A DNA stretch of 64,000 nucleotides, taken from an uncultured virus (IMG/VR IMGVR_UViG_3300013115_000259). Its lineage: Duplodnaviria; Heunggongvirae; Uroviricota; Caudoviricetes. Made by a program: the position numbers and the translations under genes. Position 1 is the first letter of the stretch. Every line of letters begins with the position of its first letter. The DNA lies in the IMG/VR virus record IMGVR_UViG_3300013115_000259. One strand, given 5' to 3'. Of the stretch, positions 58,831 through 64,000 are shown in pieces. Under the pieces are notes generated by a model. The model made no database searches, was not told the DNA's origin, and saw only the letters and a program-made list of their open reading frames with translations.

Positions 58831-59976
58831 ATGGCTTATAATGTTATTAAAGGGAAAATGGATGGTTTAGTAGGGCAACACGGCGATCAAGAAATAGAAG
58901 GAATTAAAGTTTTTAAAAATGTATTGAGCGCCAGTGTTTTTTACGATACTGATGCTGAAAGTCCTTGTGCTACTGAAAACAAAGTTGCTTTTGACGAATT
59001 AGTATTTGGGATCCCCAATGGCATCCTTGTATATGAAGGAGATAAAAAAGTCAAAACACCTTCTAATTTAACTTTTGATGGAAGTACACTTCATGGAGAT
59101 CATGCTCATTTTGGCTTTTTTAAAGGATCCGCCAAAGAGCTACACCATATTCCGGGAGAGAAGGTAATTGGAAAGGTAAAGGGCGAAAATGTTAATTATG
59201 GTAGTGGTTTAGAAGCACACAGAGGCGTCTTAAAAGTGTGCGCTAAAAATGGCATCACTGTACTGGAAGAAGGAGTTCAGGTAGATGTGGCAATGGATGG
59301 TGGACTATCCTTTAAAAATCAAAAGCTTGTTATTAATCCTTCTCATACTGTAGACATCGCCACCGGTGGCCAGAACATTAGTGATGGCGATATGATTCTC
59401 ATACACGATTTAACACGAGGAGAAGTAAGACACACTACAGTAAAAAATTTATATGATGCCTCTATTGCGTTAAAGATTCCTCAGCCCGCCGGCGTTCGAC
59501 ACAGTCTCCAATACAAGGGCGCCAAAGAATGTGAGGGCAGCGCTAACTTGATATTTGATCCTCGCAGCGATGTTCTATCTGTCAAGGGAACTGTTAAAGC
59601 ATTAAGTGCACAAATTTCGGAGAAGATGGAGATAAATGGCGATTTAGAAATAAATGGCGCTCTCTATAAAGACATAAAAGTTGTCAAAGATAAAACATAC
59701 GACTTCCAGGCGTCAGATAGTACAGTGTTGTTTGATACTACCGAACACAGAATTGAGGCAACGCTACCTCATCCTAAAGATAATCGCGGCAGAATTATTA
59801 CAATTAAAACTTTTGCAGAACAAAAATATAAATTAAGCTGCCATGCTTTAACCATTGCCGCAGAGGATGGCTTGATAGATTTTTCTAAAGAAATCCGAAT
59901 TAAAAATAATTATTCAATTCGTACCTTTCACTGTGATGGCGAGAATTGGTGGATTGTAAACAGAAGTGGCACATAA
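58831..59976 (+). CDS. Putative fibre/decoration paralog
   Basis: MAYNV N-terminus like 55979; C-terminal 'TLP....GRIITIK...IDF...FHCDGENWWIV'. Confidence 0.55.
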   Translation: MAYNVIKGKMDGLVGQHGDQEIEGIKVFKNVLSASVFYDTDAESPCATENKVAFDELVFGIPNGILVYEGDKKVKTPSNLTFDGSTLHGDHAHFGFFKGSAKELHHIPGEKVIGKVKGENVNYGSGLEAHRGVLKVCAKNGITVLEEGVQVDVAMDGGLSFKNQKLVINPSHTVDIATGGQNISDGDMILIHDLTRGEVRHTTVKNLYDASIALKIPQPAGVRHSLQYKGAKECEGSANLIFDPRSDVLSVKGTVKALSAQISEKMEINGDLEINGALYKDIKVVKDKTYDFQASDSTVLFDTTEHRIEATLPHPKDNRGRIITIKTFAEQKYKLSCHALTIAAEDGLIDFSKEIRIKNNYSIRTFHCDGENWWIVNRSGT

Positions 59977-60001
59977 TAATAGTCTTTTTGCTATAGAGGG
60001 T

Positions 60002-60009
60002 ACTATTTA
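60002..60009 (+). promoter_or_regulatory. Candidate late promoter ACTATTTA for the scaffold-capsid operon
   Basis: Intergenic, before ATG 60043. Confidence 0.6.
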
Positions 60010-60042
60010 TTTTTGAATTATTGTTTTTTTAGGAGCTAATTA

Positions 60043-61341
60043 ATGTCAACATTGCTAAAAGAAGCCATCATTGATGCTAAGGCGTTACGAGATGCCGCAT
60101 TAAAGACGGCAGAATCCTCGATTGTAGAGAAGTATTCTGATGAGGTGCGCACAGCACTCGATAAACTTTTAGAACAAGAAGATCCCCTTGCCGCCGATCC
60201 AATGGCGGCCGATCCGATGGCGGCCGATCCGATGGCGGCGGATCCCTTGGCTGCTGATCCCATGATGGGGATCGAGGGAGCAGAAGGAGCCGAAGTTGAA
60301 GATATCGTGGATGGAGTTCCTTTATCTGCAACAGATAATTTGTCTGAAATGGAAGGCGAAGGATTAAAACATTTAGAAGATGAAGGAGAAAATGTGAAAG
60401 TGACTGTTGATTTAGATGCTCTTGCGGAGGCTATAGAGTCTCTACAAACTGAGACGGGTGGAGGCGGACGATCTCCTAGTGATCCGGGCGTAGCTAAAAA
60501 AGACATCGCCGGAAAACAACCCAAACATTCATGGGAATCCGAAGAGGATGATGAACTAGAAGAAGAAATTGATATTAATGAAGAAGATTTAATTAAGATG
60601 GTGGCAGAAGCTACAGCAGGAATTACTGCTGCAGCACAAGAAGAAGCCGATGTAGACGCTATGGACTCTTTAGAAGGGGGTGGAAAATCAAGTGGCGGAA
60701 GCGAAGCTGTTGAGGCTGATGTCATGGGAACGGAAGACGAAGAAGGCGAAAAACAAGAAGAAGGCCTAGAGATTCCCGATGAGTTAATTGATGCCATCGC
60801 AGAAAAGCTCACAGTAGATATGGGCGCCACATTAGGTGGATGGGCAGGACGCTCATCCGAAAGTCAGAAGTGGGAGATGGGAAAAGAAATTGCTCATCGT
60901 CGTACTACTGATGTTAAAAAAGATTTAGATGTTTTGAGAAAAGCTCAAGAAGAGTTGGTTTTTGAAAATAAGCAACTCAAAGCGAGCAATAAAAAATATA
61001 AGCAGGCTGTTGGAGAAATAAAAGAAACCTTGCAAGAGGTTAATATTTCAAATGCGCGCTTGCTTTACACGAACCGTGTTTTGAGAAATACCTCCCTAAA
61101 TGAGCGGCAAAAAGATAAAATTGCCGAAGCTATTTCTAATGCTGGTTCAGTTATGGAGGCAAAGACAATATTTGAAACGCTTGAAAGCGCAGCGCCGGCA
61201 CAAACTAAACGTGCCCCACAATCGTTGAGCGAAGCAATCAATCGTCCGTCTTCAATTATCCGTGCATCTCGCAGAGAAGCACAAACAACTGATCCATTCT
61301 TAGACAGAATGAAAAGGTTAGCCGGAATTAAGAATAACTAA
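60043..61341 (+). CDS. Prohead core scaffolding protein (gp22-like)
   Basis: Acidic with a coiled-coil C-terminus ending 'RMKRLAGI'; immediately upstream of the major capsid gene. Confidence 0.75.
   Translation: MSTLLKEAIIDAKALRDAALKTAESSIVEKYSDEVRTALDKLLEQEDPLAADPMAADPMAADPMAADPLAADPMMGIEGAEGAEVEDIVDGVPLSATDNLSEMEGEGLKHLEDEGENVKVTVDLDALAEAIESLQTETGGGGRSPSDPGVAKKDIAGKQPKHSWESEEDDELEEEIDINEEDLIKMVAEATAGITAAAQEEADVDAMDSLEGGGKSSGGSEAVEADVMGTEDEEGEKQEEGLEIPDELIDAIAEKLTVDMGATLGGWAGRSSESQKWEMGKEIAHRRTTDVKKDLDVLRKAQEELVFENKQLKASNKKYKQAVGEIKETLQEVNISNARLLYTNRVLRNTSLNERQKDKIAEAISNAGSVMEAKTIFETLESAAPAQTKRAPQSLSEAINRPSSIIRASRREAQTTDPFLDRMKRLAGIKNN
60181..60264 (+). repeat. 15-nt coding tandem repeat (DP[L/M]AA x5 plus DPM)
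   Basis: Units begin GATCC at 60181, 60196, 60211, 60226, 60241 and 60256. Confidence 0.9.
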
Positions 61342-61359
61342 AAAGGAGGTATTTAAATT

Positions 61360-63177
61360 ATGGCTGGTATTGTAGAAAGATTAACTGAAGGTATCATTAA
61401 TCGTGATATGCGTGCCGAAGGTAACGCATTGTTAAATAAGTGGGAGGCTACTGGTCTTCTCGAAGGGCTTGGTTCTGATCAAAAGCGTCAGACAATGGCT
61501 CGATTGCTTGAAAATCAAGCAAAGGAACTCCTCCGTGAGAGTTCATCCATGGCAGCAGGTGATGTCGAAGGCTTCGCAGCCGTCGCGTTCCCCATCGTTC
61601 GCCGTGTTTTTGCAGGCTTGATCGCCAACGATCTCGTTAGTGTTCAGCCCATGAGTCTCCCAAGTGGACTCATTTTCTTCCTGGACTTCGTGTTCTCCCC
61701 TGACTTGGGAGCATCCGCTAGCCAGACCGACCGTTTTGGTAACTTAGTTAATAAGTCCATTTACGGTACTGATCAGGTTGGTAGCCAGATCACAGGTGGT
61801 GTAGACTTAGTCTCTTCAGACGCGTCCTCACTCTCTGGTCCGCGCAACAGTGCTCGCGGTTATGCATACGCATCTCCGTCCGCTAGTAGCGTTCAGTTCG
61901 CTGCTGGTACCGGCGTTGCTCTCAAGGATCAGTTCTACCTAGGCGGTGGCAACAGTATTACTTATGCTACTGACGCTCAGCTTAAGCTTATCGAATGGGA
62001 TCCTGATCTCGTTGCGTTATCAGGCGGAAGCACTGCGTACAAGGTAGTTGTTCTCGATCTCTTGAAGTCTACTTATACGGATGCTCAAACTGATATGGAC
62101 AACTTGGCTGCATTCGAGATTAGTGGTGCCGCATGGAACACTTGTCTTGATGGACTCGCTAGTGATACTGCTTGTTCTTCAGTGCGTCGATTGACGACAT
62201 TTGTTGCAGCAGGTAATACCGATCTGGCAACAGCAGCAGTTCGACATATTGGTATTATGACATCTGCAAGTATTGGTGGAGCAGGCTCTGCTTCTGTCGG
62301 TGCTGGACTTGGTGTACAGGTGCCAATTTATGACAATCTCACTAATGCTTCTGCATTGGGCGCGGTTGTCGGTACGACTGAATGGGGACTCGAAGGAAAC
62401 GACCAAATCCCAGAGATCGACATCAAGGTCGACTCAGTGGCAGTCACCACGCAAACCAAAAAGCTCAAGGCTAAGTGGACGCCAGAGTTGGGGCAGGATC
62501 TTAATGCCTATCACAACCTTGACGCCGAAGTCGAGCTTACCAGTATTCTTTCTGAGCAGATTGCTCTTGAAATTGACCGTGAGATTCTTGCGGATCTGGT
62601 AAATGGTGCAACCGCCAGTACGTACTACTGGGCTCGCTCACCGGGCTTGTTCGTAGATCGTACAACTGGTACGGAGGTTGGTGCTAGCGCTGCTGCTCCA
62701 GACTTCACCGGTACCGTTAGCGAGTGGTATGAGACTCTGATTGAGACCATCAATGATGTGTCCGCTCAGATTCATCGTAAGACTCTGCGCGGTGGAGCTA
62801 ACTTCATCGTCTGCGGACCTGAAGTTGCTAATATCCTTGAGTTCACGGCTGGTTTCCGCGCAAGCGTAACCGCTGATGACGACAGGGGTACTGCTGGTGC
62901 AGTTAAGGTTGGTTCTCTTTCCAAGAAATTCGACGTTATCGTTGATCCTTACTTCCTGCGCAACGTTGTCCTAGTAGGACGCCGAGGCTCTAGTTTCCTA
63001 GAGAGTGGATATGTATACGCACCTTATGTGCCACTACAGACTACCCCCACGATCTTCGGCCCTGAAGACTTCGTGCCGAGAAAGGGTGTTATGACTCGTT
63101 ATGCAAAGAAGATGGTTCGTCCTGATATGTATGGCTTGGTTATCATTCGCGGCTTGCTTGGTGAGTCTGGTTCCTAA
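61360..63177 (+). CDS. gp23: Major capsid protein (T4 gp23-like)
   Basis: 'LLENQ', 'PIVRRVF..LIANDLVSVQPM..PSGLIFFL', 'KLKAKWTPELGQDLNAYHNLDAEVEL', 'YAPYVPL', 'GVMTRY'. Confidence 0.96.
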   Translation: MAGIVERLTEGIINRDMRAEGNALLNKWEATGLLEGLGSDQKRQTMARLLENQAKELLRESSSMAAGDVEGFAAVAFPIVRRVFAGLIANDLVSVQPMSLPSGLIFFLDFVFSPDLGASASQTDRFGNLVNKSIYGTDQVGSQITGGVDLVSSDASSLSGPRNSARGYAYASPSASSVQFAAGTGVALKDQFYLGGGNSITYATDAQLKLIEWDPDLVALSGGSTAYKVVVLDLLKSTYTDAQTDMDNLAAFEISGAAWNTCLDGLASDTACSSVRRLTTFVAAGNTDLATAAVRHIGIMTSASIGGAGSASVGAGLGVQVPIYDNLTNASALGAVVGTTEWGLEGNDQIPEIDIKVDSVAVTTQTKKLKAKWTPELGQDLNAYHNLDAEVELTSILSEQIALEIDREILADLVNGATASTYYWARSPGLFVDRTTGTEVGASAAAPDFTGTVSEWYETLIETINDVSAQIHRKTLRGGANFIVCGPEVANILEFTAGFRASVTADDDRGTAGAVKVGSLSKKFDVIVDPYFLRNVVLVGRRGSSFLESGYVYAPYVPLQTTPTIFGPEDFVPRKGVMTRYAKKMVRPDMYGLVIIRGLLGESGS

Positions 63178-63201
63178 TCCGAATCCTTACTTGCTATTGA
63201 T

Positions 63202-63234
63202 AAAACCCCCACCTGTTGGTGGGGGTTTTTGTTT
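63202..63234 (+). terminator. Rho-independent terminator after the capsid gene
   Basis: AAAACCCCCACC-TGTT-GGTGGGGGTTTT plus a T-rich tail. Confidence 0.88.
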
Positions 63235-63241
63235 GTCTGGA

Positions 63242-63249
63242 ACTATTTA
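63242..63249 (+). promoter_or_regulatory. Candidate late promoter ACTATTTA
   Basis: Directly after the capsid terminator. Confidence 0.6.
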
Positions 63250-63309
63250 CGAACGAGGCGAAAAGTCTCACCATAATATTAAACATGATTATAAACGGAG
63301 GGTTTAAAA

Positions 63310-63897
63310 ATGGGAAAAAGAATAGGCTTGAAGAGGACTCAAGCATTAATTGAAGGCTTGAGAAGAGAGATAGAAATGAACGGCGCACAACTCACAGGAG
63401 TTAAGCAGATCAGCTATTCCGCTGTTCAAGACAGTTACGGTGTGTACGAGGCTGTGTTTGAAACTGATTTTGGTGGTTATACCGCTACGGCTACCGACAA
63501 CGGTCTTCAGAAAACTGTTGCAACATTACCAGCATCAGCGCGTGTATTGGATTGTCACGTTATTTGCAGCGAAGCTTTTAGCGATGCAAACGCAAATTCA
63601 ACCGATTTGGTACTTACAGCCACAACGGCCACGGCGGATGCCGCTGTGACGGCGACATTGACAATTCTTGACGGAATCGATTTTGGTAGCGATGCCAACG
63701 GTGCCGCTGGGATGATCACTGGTGCTGGCTTCGCTAGCACAACTGCGAGTTACGTCGGTGACGGTAGTACCGGAACGACTCTCTGCTGGATTAACAAGGG
63801 TACCGGCAACGGCACCACTGAGAAAACTAGTGGAAAGCTTGTTGTGTACATTAAATACATTGGTTCAGCCCAGGCTACGGCGAACACCGACGTTTAA
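63310..63897 (+). CDS. Hypothetical virion protein (possible capsid decoration)
   Basis: GGAGG SD, upstream ACTATTTA, directly after the capsid gene, Thr/Ala/Gly-rich. Confidence 0.55.
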   Translation: MGKRIGLKRTQALIEGLRREIEMNGAQLTGVKQISYSAVQDSYGVYEAVFETDFGGYTATATDNGLQKTVATLPASARVLDCHVICSEAFSDANANSTDLVLTATTATADAAVTATLTILDGIDFGSDANGAAGMITGAGFASTTASYVGDGSTGTTLCWINKGTGNGTTEKTSGKLVVYIKYIGSAQATANTDV

Positions 63898-63923
63898 AGT
63901 ACGTAAAATTTAAATAAAAATTT

Positions 63924-63952
63924 CCCCCCTCTTCGGGGGGGGTTTTCTTTTT
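63924..63952 (+). terminator. Rho-independent terminator with a C(UUCG)G tetraloop
   Basis: CCCCCTC-TTCG-GGGGGGG followed by TTTTCTTTTT. Confidence 0.85.
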
Positions 63953-63964
63953 GTTAATTTGTAT

Positions 63965-63972
63965 ACTATTTA
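63965..63972 (+). promoter_or_regulatory. Candidate late promoter ACTATTTA
   Basis: Directly after a terminator and before an AAGGAG SD at the window end. Confidence 0.6.
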
Positions 63973-64000
63973 TAACATGTATTCACATAATAAGGAGAAA

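Noticed and set aside
54382..59976. Diversity-generating retroelement acting on fibre genes
   Set aside because: No reverse transcriptase, and no template/variable repeat pair with adenine-specific differences, was seen.
60181..60264. 15-nt repeat as a possible CRISPR or mini-array
   Set aside because: The units are contiguous, in frame, vary mostly at synonymous positions, and have no spacers.
63250..63300. Short hairpin GAGGC-GAAAA-GTCTC in the leader as a riboswitch or tRNA
   Set aside because: It is too short and matches no consensus I can recognise; no tRNA cloverleaf was seen anywhere in the window.
1408..63740. Numerous minus-strand and nested ORFs in the track (e.g. 38563..39201, 51701..52252, 60036..60830)
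   Set aside because: They are antisense or off-frame shadows of well-supported + strand genes, with no recognisable motifs.
1..64000. Alternative genetic code (TAG or TGA recoding)
   Set aside because: Coding density is near complete under the standard code, and conserved genes end cleanly at TAG (primase, tubulin, bS21) and TGA (terL, protease).

Overview
This is a 64 kb, densely coding segment of a large T4-like (myovirus-type) phage, about 38-40% GC by eye, with every credible gene on the + strand. From 1-31.7 kb lies a baseplate/tail module: gp25-like and gp6-like wedge proteins, very large 2102 aa and 3335 aa proteins, and tail-collar-like proteins. From 31.7-40.3 kb lies a non-structural island: RuvC, a fatty-acid-hydroxylase-family gene, primase, an FtsZ/tubulin-family GTPase and a single-ORF SbcD-SbcC (gp47-gp46) fusion. 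A putative lysis trio follows at 41-42 kb. The head module contains large terminase, portal, prohead protease, ribosomal protein bS21, a paralogous fibre/decoration array, scaffold and major capsid protein. The most notable patterns are: (i) about ten otherwise unrelated ORFs sharing an N-terminal 'MKITKSQLKxIIxEE' leader, a candidate modular capsid-cargo system; (ii) a recurring intergenic ACTA(T/A/C)TTA motif, a candidate late promoter, which also precedes the tubulin gene; (iii) strong enrichment of the palindrome CGCCGGCG; (iv) twin RNA hairpins with an identical UGUAUG loop in a late 5' leader; (v) dense [S/T]-[G/A/S]-S tripeptides in some virion proteins. All family assignments come from motif recognition and synteny, not from database searches.
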